From Podarcis melisellensis (Eukaryota), in the NCBI GenBank assembly GCA_964234715.1, contig OZ174281.1: a stretch of DNA of 64,000 bases; one strand, written 5' to 3'. Numbering within the stretch: position 1 is the first letter of the stretch; each line of letters begins with the position of its first letter. A program made the translations under genes and the position numbers. This document shows positions 21,204 to 34,680 of this stretch, in pieces. The notes below the pieces were generated by a model, which was given only the letters and a program-made list of their open reading frames with translations, was not told the origin of the DNA and ran no database searches.

Positions 21204-22569
21204 CTGAAAAAAATGTAAATTACAAGAGTCAGCAAAGGAGCAGCTGCAAGAAATTATTATTCATCAGCAAATAGGCAGTTCTTAATTTCTACAGAGAAAT
21301 ACACCAGGAGCCAGGCTCCTGCTGCTTTGAAATCTGACCTCTAATCCTAGAAGGGACAAAATAGACTCTGTACATGTGCATAGACCCTGTTTATATCAAT
21401 TCTTCACTAAGCTGAATGTGGCCCTGCTAGGCTGGTTAGATGTACTGGATACAGAATGAACAGAATTAATGGGACATAGCCACACAGCGATTCCCCCTCT
21501 AGGTTTGGATGCTCTTATTCAGCATACAGAATCTTCACAAACCATACGAAGGCAAGCGGCCTGGCAGGTGAAGCACAGTTCAGAGGGTGCCCCTTCCAGA
21601 TAATAATGTCTGAGCAAGTATAGACAGGAAAAGGAGAGCCATGAAGTGTTTAGGTCCTAAGCATTGTAGGGCTTTATACCTCAAAACCAGAACGTTGAAG
21701 TTGGCTCATTTGCTAGAGGGTACCAGATGTTGTGAGAATTTTCTACTACAGATTAGGATGTAAAAACCTAACTCTAATCCAACTGTCTATTTTTTCTTTC
21801 CCAGTGTCTTAAGATGTCTTGCAGTCCATTGCTTACAATTTAATGAAAAGAATAGAGAGCACATCTTCTAGTCTCTCAGCTTGCTGGAGAGATTCATGAC
21901 CTGTTTGGGTGTGTTTTAATTACCCAAATATTATATGTGTGAGGTTTATATTAATTGCTTTTATTCTAATACAAATGAAAATGGGAGCCTATCCATATAT
22001 ATATCTACACTCTCTTAAATCAACTACTTTTTGAAGGCTACCAACTATGATGCAAAGTGTAGTCCTGTCAATGTCTTCTCAGAAGTAAGCTCATTGAGTT
22101 GAACAGAACTTACACCCAGGTTAATGTGCATTGGATTGCAGCATCAGTGCTTATATCTCTGCTTTGTTGCTGCATGGACTAAGCAGGTTTTGCTTACTTC
22201 AAAGGCAGAGAACAGGTGGAATGGAACAGGCCAAAGTCTGGTCCACCTCGGCTGACAAAAGCCAGCTGCACCTGACCTCAGGACCGCAGTTGGCCAAAGA
22301 AAGTTGTGGCCAATTTTTTAAATCCCAGAACGCTGCCTTGTCCAGTTTGGTCATCTTTCTTGGGTAAGGCCTTGCTCCCTGGGGAAGGGTCACTGTGGGT
22401 GGGTCAGTAACAACAATACACATGTTATAAAGTGTTATGGATTTGTTAAAGATGGCGTTTGTGTGAACATAGTCTGTTTTATGGAATTAGGTTGTGTATG
22501 GCACGCATTTGCTTTAAAAGACTTTTAAAAAATTACTGGAAGTGGCTGTTTTGCAGCAGCCTTACTTAC

Positions 22570-22613
22570 GTTGGCGTGTCGTCTCTTCCAGATATACCCA
22601 GAATATAAGCCAT
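22570..22613 (-). CDS. Possible coding end of an alternative first exon: MAYILGISGRDDTP
   Basis: acaATGG Kozak context and a strong donor AAC|GTAAGT. The phase-2 end fits micro-exon 8416-8385 and then exon 4554-4428. Confidence 0.25.
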
Positions 22614-22779
22614 TGTTCTCCAAATGAACCAAAGCTTCCTTGAGTTATTTCTGTCTCAGTGGTGCTTTGTGCATTCTTGTGCTATGGGAAATCTCTGACA
22701 AGAACTTGTCGCCTTCCACAGTGCTTCTCAAATGTTCCAGTGCTCCCTTGTGCTTGCTTCAGGATCTGCAGGATCTTGA

Positions 22780-22960
22780 TCTTTTTAAATTCAGGCCTTG
22801 GGCTAATTTACATCCGATGCCCTTTTAAATGTTTGGTGGGGGTGGGGGGTTACTGGGTTGTCTTTTTTATTTTTTCATATGTATTTATGTTTTTTTTTTA
22901 TATTATCATTCTATGTTGTGAACTGCCCTGAGATCTACAGGTATTGGGCGATATACAAAT

Positions 22961-23003
<43 letters not shown>
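22780..23003 (+). mobile_element. L2 3'UTR end with an expanded (TAA)n tail
   Basis: CAGGCCTTGGGC...GATGCCCTTTTAAATG...GTGAACTGCCCTGAGATCT, then (TAA)n at 22962-23003. Confidence 0.8.
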
Positions 23004-23005
<2 letters not shown>

Positions 23006-23569
23006 GACAAAGATGCCTGTGAAGTGGAGCATTTTGAATGATTTGTTATCAAAGCAGAATTAATGGGGGAGATTAATTTTGAATGCCAAAAATAAATAAA
23101 TTATTGCTCTTCCTCTCTCTTTATATAAAAAAGCTTTCTAATATTACATAATAACACCTTCTGAGAAGGCTAGATTTGTCTTATCACTTACAAGGCGTTG
23201 TATTCAAGGAAGCCATTTTGTGCGCAGAACACCTTCTGCTCACAAAGCAGAACCTCCATTCCCTCTCCTCACACTGTGCACCCCACCAAACCTCCCAGAG
23301 CAGAATTGGGGGAGTGCAAGGTATGTGAGCGTAGAGGAGAAGGAAGGGAATATACAATAAATAACTATTTCAAAGAGAAGGGAAATGTACAAAATGTACA
23401 AAAAGATGCCAAGAGATGAATAAGAAATTAAATGAGGAAAATAGTGAAGAGGGGAGAGATCAATGCAAATTTAAGGTGGCAAAGGGGATTTGCAAGACAA
23501 CATGGAGCCTCAAACTACAGAAAGTGAATAAGATCAGTGGGGAGGGTTGCCCAGATTTCAATTGTTCTT

Positions 23570-23716
23570 CTACAGTTCAGCTGGTTGGAGCATGGTGTTG
23601 ATAACGCCAAGGTTGCAGGTTCAATCCCTGTATGGGATGGTTGCATATTCCTGCATTGTAGGAGGTTGGACTACGTGATCCTTGGGGTTCCTTCTAACTC
23701 TACAATTCAATGATTC
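23570..23716 (+). mobile_element. SINE with a tRNA-Ile-derived head and a CR1 3' tail
   Basis: The head resembles tRNA-Ile (AG.TCAG.TGGTT.GAGC.TGGTG.T.ATAACGCCAAGGT.GC.GGTTC.ATCCC.GTA.GGG). The tail GGTTGGACTA..TGATCCTT.GGG.TCCTTC.AACTCTA.AATTC.ATGATTCT is CR1-like. Confidence 0.8.
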
Positions 23717-23810
23717 TCCTGTCAAAACAGAACCACATCACAGTCTCTGTGCTTTCTCCATGTGCTTGCTTGCCATTTATATAGCTCTAAGTAAGTCATC
23801 GAAGAAGAAG

Positions 23811-24223
23811 GAGAAGAAGAAGAGGAGGAGGAGTTTGGATTTGATATCCCACTTTATCACTACCCAAAGGATTCTCAAAGTGGCTAACATTCTCCTTTGC
23901 CTTCCTCTTCCACAACCAATGGCGTAGAGTGGGTTGTCAGCACCTGGGGCAAGGCAAGTAATTTGTGCCCCCTAACCCGTGGATTTGCGCCCCCTAACTC
24001 TAACCCCCAGATGTTGTGCCCGGTGCGGCCGGCCCCCCTGCACCCCCCACGCTACGCCACTGTCCACAACAAACACTCTGTGAGGTGAGTGGGGCTGAGA
24101 GACTTCAGAGAAGTGTGACTGGCCCAAGGTCACCCAGCAGCTGCATGCGGAGGAGCGGAGACGTGAACCCGGTTCGCCAGATTACGAGACTACCGCTCTT
24201 AACCACTACACCACATTGGCTCC
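23811..24223 (-). mobile_element. tRNA/CORE(MIR)-like SINE interrupted by a hAT MITE
   Basis: Head GGGAGCCAATGTGGTGTAGTGGTTAAGAGC, CORE-like GCTGGGTGACCTTGGGCCAGTCAC, (CTT/CCT)n tail. Confidence 0.8.
23917..24062. mobile_element. hAT MITE
   Basis: TIR CAATGGCGTAG / CTACGCCACTG; perfect 8-bp TSD TCCACAAC (23909-23916 / 24063-24070). Confidence 0.9.
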
Positions 24224-27200
24224 CACTTTTTCTCATGGTTATCTCTGAATTTTGTAGCACAAGAGTTCACGAGGATTTTCAACTGGTCTACCTCATTTCC
24301 CAAACATAGGAAATGGCTGTAAGAGCAGTGCGGCCAACCTCCCGGGCTTTAGCATAGAATTGAGGGTTGGATCCAAACTCAGGAGGCAATTGAAGCCCCT
24401 GGCCACCAGCAGGTTACAGGAAGCTGCCTTCTACAGAGTCAGACCCTCAAGGCCAGGATTACCTACACTCTCCAGAGTTAATAGGACATCTTAGCCACTG
24501 CCACATACACAGCCCTGCCATTCACACTGACTGGGGCAGGTGGTGAAGAAAAGCCTCTTTGCTGTGCCAGCTGGATCCAAGCAGGGCTGAGTGGAGGGAT
24601 GCTACCACCTGGCAGTGGATTGAATGTTTCAATCATTCTGCCTGTCATACATAGCTCATAGGCTTTGGCATGAGTAAGTCTGGATCGAATATTATTATAT
24701 TCAGGCAAGTTGAAGGCGCAAGGTGTCTGAGACTTAGTAGGTCAAGGCCATGATTTAGGTGAGAGACTAAGAACAAGTATGCTGCTCTGATGCTTCCAAG
24801 AGAAGTGAAAGAGACAAATTAATTCATTACACTGCTTACACACTTCTGACTTGACATTAGTACAGCCATTAAGCAATTAGGCAGAGATAGCCGAGAATCC
24901 CAAGATGCGGATGTATAATACAGGAATGTCATAAATAAAAGCCACTTTCCTGAATGAAAGACTAATTTATTTCAGCACTGATTTTTATGCCTAATCCTAA
25001 CCTTTATCTATCATAGCCCTGAAGCTATAAACCTGTACATTCCAGAAGCAAGAATGTTTGAAATGCTGCAAGATCTAAACATCTGTTCTGAGTTTATTGC
25101 AGATTGCAGAGCAATAAAACCTATAATCTTAAGAAGTTAGCAGCAGAAAATGAAAAAACAACAACAACCCTCCTCTGTGTTGTGTTCACAGATGGTATTG
25201 AAGAGTGTTTCTGGGATGACATGTTTTGAAATTAAACAATGCTAATAAATGAACCAGCCATGTAAACCAGTGTTAGAAACTGAGATATGAAAGCCAGGGG
25301 CTAAATGGCACCTTAAGCCTAGGTTATGGGTGCAACAAGGGAATGTCTAGGCACACTTTTTATTAAAGAGAATACATTTTGAAAATGAATAACTGCAGCT
25401 AAAACATTATGTTCATTTTTCACATGGTCCAGTCCTTCCGCTGCCCAACTCCCCCTAATATTCTTAATATTCTTAATATTCCTAAAATTCTCTTCACCAG
25501 TCTTCAAAGAGTAGCTGGAATTGGGGAGGCAGAAAAACCTCCTCCTTTCCTTCCACTCTGCAATTTTAATATGAAATCTTAGGTGCAGTACTGCACCCAG
25601 AGCTCAGAAACTGCTCGCCCTAATAAATTCTGTGTCGCAAAATGTGCCTGGAACAATGGGACACTGCATGTAACATTCCCATCTTCTTCAATTTGTTTAG
25701 CTTTACTGATAAATTCTGTATTCAGGTGAGATTGCAGATATTGTATTATTGTGATACAGTAGATTGAGATTTGTTTGCATCTGGTAATCTGGCAATCACA
25801 AGAAGTTAACGATGGAAAGTTTGTATCCATATGAAATCAGAACCAGGTAACATCAGTAGAAATTAACTCAGACCAAAATTAAATTATGTGCAACTGCATA
25901 AACCTGAAAATCTGAATTTTGCAGGGAAATCACAACATTCTCCTTTAGGAATGTGTCTGTATATTTAACAGATGTTAAAATAAAATGGGATTAAACAAAT
26001 TGGAACAAAACGATATAAAATCAGAATGAATAAAAGTAGGAACAAACTTAAAATTTTGACGCTCTCTGACAAGACACAGCATTGTCTCAAAAATTTCCCC
26101 TTGTTATAAATCACTACAGGAAAGGATGCTTAAATGTACCCAGTAATATTTAGAAGTCGTCTGTTCATCAACTTGACTAACAGGCAGAGAGGCAGGCTGT
26201 GGAGATGCCTTGAGGTCCCCTCCTTCACTTAACCACAGCCATGTATGGCAGTGAAATATCTGAAAATGACTGAGATTGCTGAGGAGGTGTCTTCTTCAGT
26301 CCATACTCCAGTCTTTCAGCCAAGCTAAACTTTCTGGAAATGTGCTGAATGCACTATTAACATGACACTGACAACTGACACTAGGCTGAGTATGTCTTTG
26401 TTGGGCTCTCATAGGAGTCTAGGCCACAAATATGAATATTGCAATCACAATGTTCTTTTAGAACTCGCTGAAGGACAATGCAGGCAGCCTCATAAAAGCC
26501 TACAGAATATAAACAACCTGAAAGTGATGTTCAATGGACACTGCAAAAACTCTGTGTTAAAAGTACCTGGGGGGAGGGGGGAATAGAAGCTGGATAGATT
26601 TATAATGTGATCTCCTAAAGCCATCTATTACAAGTACACTACAGTTAATGCAATGGAGCGCTGATGAGGTATTTGTACCATACAAACACAAATAATAATA
26701 ATAGTAATTAGGAAGCAGGGAAGGTTGGCTGGCAACTGGAGACACTGAGAGGCACACACACACACACACGTGTTTTTCAGCAGTTGGCTAATGGTGTAAA
26801 GCGCTTTTGATTGTCCAGAGGAAATTATTATTATTACTACTATTTATTAAATTATACAAACTCTGCAGATCTCAGGGAGGTTCACAACATAAAATTACCG
26901 GTGCAATATACAAACCACAAAATCCATAGTAAAATTAACAACAAACCAATACCCCCCCCATAATAGATTTAAAGGGGCATTGAGTGTTAATCAGCCCAAA
27001 GCCTGCTTGAAGAGGAACGTTCAGCAACCAGCACTAACAGAACTACAAATACCATATGGACTGCTAAGTTTCTTTAAGGGGGAGGGGGGACTGAGGGAAC
27101 CAGCAAAGGTCTTCAGTGAATGTAGTGTGAGACAAAGCTGGACTAATTCTAGGGGATGGCTCCTGGTTCGATGAAAAACTTCCATAGTAGGAAGGTGTTT

Positions 27201-28318
27201 GCCTTTCTTCACTGGACTGCTCACCTGCTCTATCTCACCTGCTGCAGGTGAGCTATGGTGCTTCACTGGCACAAGGGTCAACTTCAAGGCACTCTCCTAA
27301 GGGAGTGTCAGATCTGAGGCCTGGATGTTAGTAATTGCCACGCCTTGAGTGACCCGGCAGGTAGAAAGGGGATAATTCTGTCAAATTAAACTACAATTAT
27401 ATCCTAAAGGAAATTATTTCACAATGCTGGGGACATTTATTTCTTAAAACCACTATATAATTCGTTAACTCATTTATATGCTGCAATTCATCATCCTTCT
27501 CCCTTGCCACCACATGCCTGGTGGAATTCTTAAGCACACCCTTTACCTCAATTCTGAACTAAACTTTTATCTGCAGGTCACTTCCATCCCTGTCATAAGC
27601 TCATTATTTTCCACAGTCATCTCAGAGGGAAAAAAGGAAGCATCAAGGCTTCCATGTTTGCCATGCTAACAAAGAAAAAAGCGATTGGTTCTCTACCTTT
27701 CTTATTCCAAGTATGAAGACGTTAGCATGTCAATTAAATTTCTAATTTATTTTTTTCAAAATTACAGCAATTACTATATAATGGATGAAAGATTTCCTAG
27801 CATTAAAAAAATGATTTTTCTATTGCACCAGCAGCATGCACCCTGAAGTGAAATGTTTGCTCAACATGAACATAATTTCCTGATGCTATCCTTTTCTCAT
27901 TGCAGCAGGGACGGGGAACCTGTGGCTCACCAGCTGTTGCTGAACGACACTACCCATTATCTTATTTAACATTATTTCAAAACCACTGATCATTTAAACA
28001 ATCTCCAAGCAGTGCATAACATTGTTATTAAATATACAATCTAAAACCACCAATATAAAACCCGTAACATTAAAAGCAGCTTCAGAAAATACAAAGCTTC
28101 AACACAAATAACCAGGGAAGGCCCAAGCAAAAATAGAAGTCTTTAGATGATGTGTAAACAGATGGTGCTTCCTGTACAGCAGGGGGCAGTAGCGGTGGGC
28201 AAGGTGGGGCGGAGGCGCTTTCCTGACCTCCCAGCAGGTGAGTTGCTGTTACTTACCAAGGTTTAGAGAGGTGAGGTGGCAGGGAAGGCAGCACAGTGCA
28301 GAAGCTTTAGCAGGGGAA

Positions 28319-29138
28319 AAGTTGTGGACCACCGGAATGAAATTTACGGCATGTAATGCCCTAAGAGAGAATATTATGAAAATGATTTATAGGTGGTACA
28401 TGACCCCAGTCAAGCTTGCAAAAATTTACCACTTGCCTGATAATAAATGTTGGAAATGTAAAGAAAATGAAGGTACTTTCTTCCACCTTTAGTGGACGTG
28501 CCCAAAGATTAAGGCGTTCTAGGAAATGATATATAATGAACTGAAAAAGGTATTTAAATATACCTTTCTGAAGAAACCAGAGGCCTTTCTCTTGGGTATT
28601 GTTGGCCAATTGGTGCCAAAGAAGGATAGAACATTTTTTATGTATGCTACAATAGCAGCAAGAATACTCATCGCAAAGTATTGGAAGACACAAGATCTAC
28701 CCACCCTGGAAGAATGGCAGATGAAGGTGATAGACTACATGGGACTGGCAGAAATGACTGGCAGAATCCGAGACCAGGGGAGAGAGACAGCGGAAGAAGA
28801 TTGGAAGAAATTTAAGGACTATCTTAAGAAACATTGTAAAATTAATGAATGTTCGAATGACGTTGGTTTAGAAATTACGTGGTTTCCAGCTGTAATGGAT
28901 AAGTAAAAAGAAAAGAAAGGCCAAAAATTAAATGAAAATTAAGGGAAAGGATTTGCTGAATTAATAAATTAGAAATTGGAATACAGAAAGGGGAGGTATG
29001 AGGAAGTCGGGGAAGTAAGTTATAAGAAAATAAGGAATTGAAATTATACTTGTTTTTATTTTTGTCTGTTTGTATTATTGTTTTCTTTTGTTTTTATATA
29101 ATTTTTGAAATTTTAATAAAAATCTTTATAAAAAAAAA
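28319..29138 (+). mobile_element. L1-clade LINE, 5'-truncated 3' end
   Basis: ORF2 C-terminal zinc knuckle CWKCKENEGTFFHL*WTCPKIK and AARILIAKYWK, with two Trp>TAG stops. AATAAA at 29115-29120 followed by an A tail. 20-bp TSD CAGAAGCT(T/G)TAGCAGGGGAA (28299-28318 / 29139-29158). Confidence 0.93.
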
Positions 29139-31800
29139 CAGAAGCTGTAGCAGGGGAACAGATTGGCTCTGCTTGGTGTGTTTGCACCTTGCTGACCTCA
29201 CCACCACCTTTCCCCCTCCCTCCCAGTAAGCAGCAGCAATTCACCTGCCTCTACCCCACCATACCACCTCCTATCAGATACCCCAAAGAATAGACACAGC
29301 AGTCAAAAATGCCCCTTTCCAGGTCACCGCTATACAATAATCTGTAGGTTGTAATGCCACTAATAGCATGTTTCCTGGTGACCTTAGCAGCAGGTCTGGA
29401 AAGTTCTTTATATGTTAACAACAAGACCTTGAACGGGGCCAGAAGCTACCAGCTCAACCAGTGCAGGAACCTCCACACAGGTGCCAGATATGCAGAACCA
29501 GCTCCCCCCTTCCCGGCCACTGGTTTCTGGCTCAATCTCAAGAGAAATCCGAAATTGAGATTACCTATGTGTCAGTCACAGTAGCCAAGTTATTCCAGGC
29601 CAGGAAAAAGCATAGTTGGTGTACCAATTGGAGTTTGTAACAGGTGCTCCTCACAACAGTGGTTACCTGAGTCTCTAGAGACAATGATGACTCTAGTAAC
29701 ACCTCTGAACTATACACCTGTTCAGGGAATTTACAGGGAATGTAAATCCATGCAGAACAGGCAAGTTCCGGGAACCACCTTTCGCTCAGTCTGTCTTATT
29801 CAATTTAAGTTTAATGGCCTTTCTCCAGACCCCCGTTGCATCCAGGCCCCAGTTGAGTACAGGCAGCGCCTCTGCTGGTGTAACGGAGAATTAAAGCCAC
29901 ATTTTATCAGCATACGGGTGACACCACACCCCAAATCTCCAAATGATTACTCCCAATGGCTTCCAACAGATATTAAATAGCATAATTCCTGGTTATTGGT
30001 CATGGTGGCCAGGACTGATGAGAATCCAGCACCATCTGAATGGCTACACTTCCTTCCTTCTTGCTTTACTATGTAAATATCTTCCTTAAAATCCTATAAT
30101 CAAATAAAAGTAACTGATCAGCAAGTGTGTTACATTACAGAAGCTTATGGGCTTGTATCCAATACTGCACTAAGTAAGTGTTGCATCATTGGAAAGATTC
30201 CTGTGAGTGCCCCTACAAGTTTGCCACAAATCTGCTCTGGAGGGTAGGGGGGAAGCCCCAGAACAGACCAAGGGGGACACGGGGCGAGGAGAGAGAGGAA
30301 GCTGGGTTGCACAAGCAGGAATTCTTGCACTGACAGGATGTTGACTCAGCATTTCCTTAGATACAAGCCATGACGTGCAAATCATAGAGATATGCAACAA
30401 TGCTAATTATTTATAAGGATTTCCCTTACATTTAAGAAGAAACTAAAACCAGGTAGATGTGGCTAGCTAAATACTAAATCAGAAACATTAACTGTTGCAT
30501 TTTAGTGTTTTGTTTTGTTTATTTACAACAACAGTGGCATTTGCACAATATTTGGCTGACCTCAGAAAGTCGAGCAAGAAGAGAGCTTCACATCACATGA
30601 AATTTCCTTAGCAGCTTCAGATAAATATCTATCATTTCTAGCGAAGATGTGGAAATTGCAAGGAAATGATTCACCCAAATACCATAGCAGGGAGCGGCTT
30701 GTTGCCTTTCACTCCCAGGTGACAGCTGACTCATCTACAAATAGAAAGTCCTGTTCTGCTAGAAACAATCCATTATTTTTCACCCAAACATGGTGTGTCA
30801 TATCTATACAGTTGATGTTGTTTTCAAAAAAGTGCTCTTGTAAAGCTAGACTACAGGTTTGAAACTTAAAAGAAACATATCTCACACGTCTCATTTGGTC
30901 AAATGCAACTCCAGAAACTATCCTGGGAAATGAAAGGGGATGTTTAATGACATCTTGTGGTTAAAGGAAGGTATCAATTTTAACTGCATGCCAAAAACAG
31001 CCTGTCGTTCTAGTTACCCTTTCTCTCATAATGTAATAGACATACCAATGGTCCATCAATCACGGGGGCCACGTTTTTAAGGCCGTTATAGCATTCCAGG
31101 ATATTAATGTGCTATTTCTAGTAAACTCAAATTATATTTGAAAACAACGAATTCCAGACAGCAGTAACAAGTACATGTACTGACACGAGAACAGCAATAG
31201 CAGAAAGAAGCCCAAGTTCATTTACAGAACGTACCCTACGGATAAGAAACATTTCAATCTTTTTTCAGCTGAGCATTATTTGGTGACAGAACCTATGGAG
31301 TAAGCTGTCTTGAAGTAAAATAGCGGATGGCAGCACAGTAAACACAACTGCTCCATCAAGATTAAGTTCTCCTTCTAGCAAGGCAGGCAAAGAGGGAAAT
31401 CTAAAGAGGTGAAACCCTAACAGTGGAACGAATTATGGAAATAAGGATACCATCTCTAACTGAGCAAAGGAAATAACTTCGAAACTGTGGAAATGTATCT
31501 GGCTAGGCATATAACCTCCTTGGGATTAGCTAGCAAAAAATTGCATTTTGATCATCAGTTGCTGTTTTTTAAAAAAGAGGGAAAAAAGAAGAGAGATTGA
31601 TAAATTGCTACAATTAACAAAGGCTCTGATTTAAGTAACTGGAAAATGCAGGAAGAAATTTGCTGAAAATGAAGGGGTGTTATTTTTGGATTGTTGTAAA
31701 TTTGCAATAATATCTGGAACATTATAACTGAGGATATCCTACACAATTTATTGTTGGGCAGAAACACAAAAAATATGAAAAAGAAAATATATGAAAAGTG

Positions 31801-31849
<49 letters not shown>

Positions 31850-33087
31850 GACTTCAGACTTATCTTAATGAATTTGCTATGAACTATGAGTTCTCTCTCC
31901 AGTTAAAAGTTATCCTGATGATTTTATTTTCAGATAGAGTGGATCTGTATCACATCTCTGCCACTGGTGAGAGACAATGTTTATCAAATGAGAGAATGTG
32001 GACATGGCTTATCAAAATAGCAATTGTCTTCGGCTAATTCACCTACCTATGCCCTTCTATTCCATGAGGCGCCTAAGATTCACTTTCAAGATGTGACTCT
32101 GCTTTCAGCTATGGACAGCCCAAAAGTATCTGGGAAGCTCATGAGCATACTCTGTTTCTGATCAGGAAGACTCAGAGGAGTTCTGGTCACTCCAGCTCAA
32201 CAAAAAAAGTAGATGCAGCAGAGAAAGCTATCTGTATAGCATGCCCACAATAAAAATAAAAATATATACATAGGTGTGCACGTATGGGAAGAGGAGAGCA
32301 GAACAGGGAATTTGCCCACCTGCAAAAAAGACCTTTTGCTTCAATCAATGGTTTCATTTATAAAACATAGTCTATGTTTCAGTTTGATCATTCTTTCAAA
32401 GCCAGTGGAAAACTCAGCCGTATTATGCCTCATTACTTAGGAATCCTGGTTTGCAGTTTCCCAACATACTTCTTTTCTACCTCCTCAAATATCATCCATC
32501 AGATTTGGTTCATTAGATCTTCTGGGCAATGGGACGGCAAATAAAACACATAGAAGTGTCACTGATCTGTTTAATACTCAGCGTCTTGTCTATTACACAA
32601 TAAGAATGAGAAGAACTTCTAGAAAATCTGTTTCACAGGAATTAAGCAAACTTAAAAGTAGAATATTTTCCAATTATACCTCACAGCTAGGCCTGTTTTC
32701 TCCTCCAGGCCAGGTGGAAATACTGGGGACTCTACAAAGTAGGAATAGCCCTAGTGCCCCCCTATCATATCCCATCATCTCTGACCATTGTTCATGCTGG
32801 CTCAGGCTGCTGAAATTCAACAGCACCTGGAAGGCCCCAGACTCCCCCTCCTTGCTTTAGACTCCATTAGCTTCTATTGCTCTTCTCTTTGATCTTCTCT
32901 CCAGTTCTTTCTAGATTCTGATTTTGCATGTGTTACTGGAATACGATCACAGCATGTCAGTCTTAATAACTAATGAGCTGAATTCTTCTTCCAGTTGAAA
33001 TTGTTATATCAACCCAGAAATCTGTGAGCAGATTCTTAAGAGATCTTTTGTCAGGTCTATTTATCATCAAAATAATGCGGGGAGTAC

Positions 33088-33180
33088 CTCCATGTAACAA
33101 AGGCTCTCCAGGGAAGTGGTTATTCCAGATATGTTCCTCCCAAGAGGTACTTTAATCTTCCCTTGATTAATGACTTGCTG
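33088..33180 (-). CDS. Candidate exon (open phase 0 to 0, ending ...ATG GAG); may supply the start codon for MENTEGK...
   Basis: Strong acceptor gcatttctgcttcttttatAG|CAG; 93-nt open frame QQVINQ...SLCYME; weak donor GAG|GTACTC. Confidence 0.3.
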
Positions 33181-33778
33181 CTATAAAAGAAGCAGAAATG
33201 CTATTTGACTTGTATTGAACTGATGTCTCTGCATTAGAAGCAGACACAGATTCTCCTGGTCTAAGAAATATTGCCATTAGAAATGGGTCATACGAAATTG
33301 CAGACCCACCGAGGCCCAGCTGAATGGCCAACAGTTCTTCAGCCTAAAAGGCCATACACCACAGACTTAAAAGGGTGAAAAGCCATAACTGATGCCACTT
33401 CAGTGAACACATCTTCACTCCCTTCCCGCAACCCTTGCGTCTCACTTTTCTCCTATTTTCATCAGTGATGTTGCTTCTTTCCTCCCTCTCCTATTCAGGC
33501 TTGATAATCTTGGTAGAGGGAGGGGACGACAATTAAATTTCTCCTTCTGGTGATGCCAACTCTTCTTCTAGACTTCCTTGGTCTTAAACATGTGGCTGTT
33601 TCTCTGGGGAGGGCATGAATATGTTCATAACTGAAATTCTCATTCTTCAAGAGAATCATATGTGAACCATAACTTCATATGTGAGCTCATAAACCAATCA
33701 TAATCTTCCCTGCTATGGCACAGCAACAGTATCAATGGGGATTTTATTTTATTTTTTATTTCTTTACAAACATGGTGG

Positions 33779-34680
33779 CATAGGAAGATCCTGCTGGATC
33801 ACACCAATGACCCATCTTCTCCAACATCCTGTTCTCACAGTGGCAAACCAGATGCCTGTGGGAACCCCTCAAGCCAGGACCTAAGAGAAACAGCACCCTG
33901 ACCAGCTGCCTTTCCAAGCCACTAGCATTCAGAGGCATACTGCCTCTGACAGTGGAACATAGGCATCATGGCTAGTAGCCACTGGTAGCCTTTATATCTA
34001 CGAATTTGTCTAATCTTCCTTTGAAGCCATCCAGGTTGGCGGCCACCACTGTCTCATTTGTGAGCGCATTCCATCGTTTAGCTAGGTGCTGCATGAAGAA
34101 GTCCTTTCAGATCCTCCAGCATTCAGCTTCATTGAAAGTCCATAAGTTCTAGTCTTAAGAGAGGGGGAGAGAAACTTTTCTCTATCCACTTTCTCCATGC
34201 TAGGCATCATTTTATAAACTTCTATAATGTCACTTCTTACTTTTCTTACTGTTTAGGGAAGCTTTTAATGTTTGACGGACTATTGTATTTTAATATTTTG
34301 TTGGAAGAAGCCCAGAGTGGCTGGGAAAACCCAGCCAGATAGGCGGGGTATAAATAAATTATTATTGTTGTTGTTGTTGTAGTTGCTGTTGTTGTTTCTC
34401 TAATATAAAAAGTGCCAAATAACACAACTTTTCCTCAGAAGGGAGTTGCTCCATCCCCTCGATCAGTTTGGTTGGCCTTTTTTGAACCTTTTCCAACTCC
34501 ATAATATCCCCCTTTTTATGTGGGATAACCAGAAACGTACACATCATCACCATTATTATTATTATTATTATTTTCACATTTTTTGTTTTTGTTTTAATGA
34601 TCCTGAACAACTCAGTATCACCAGAAAAATTGCTCACCTCCTGGCCCGCCCCTAACTCTCGATCTTTTATGCACAAGCTT
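33779..34680 (-). mobile_element. CR1 LINE 3' portion, degenerate, with a nested retroposon tail at about 34250-34395
   Basis: Minus frame KKGDIMELEKVQKRPTKLIEGMEQLPSEEKL (CR1 ORF2 C-terminus) and a 3'UTR ending GATCCAGCAGGATCTTCCTATG. Confidence 0.85.

Noticed and set aside
23570-23640. Functional tRNA genes (here, at 62769-62840 and at SINE heads)
   Set aside because: Acceptor stems are broken, boxes are mutated, or the heads are fused to LINE-derived tails.
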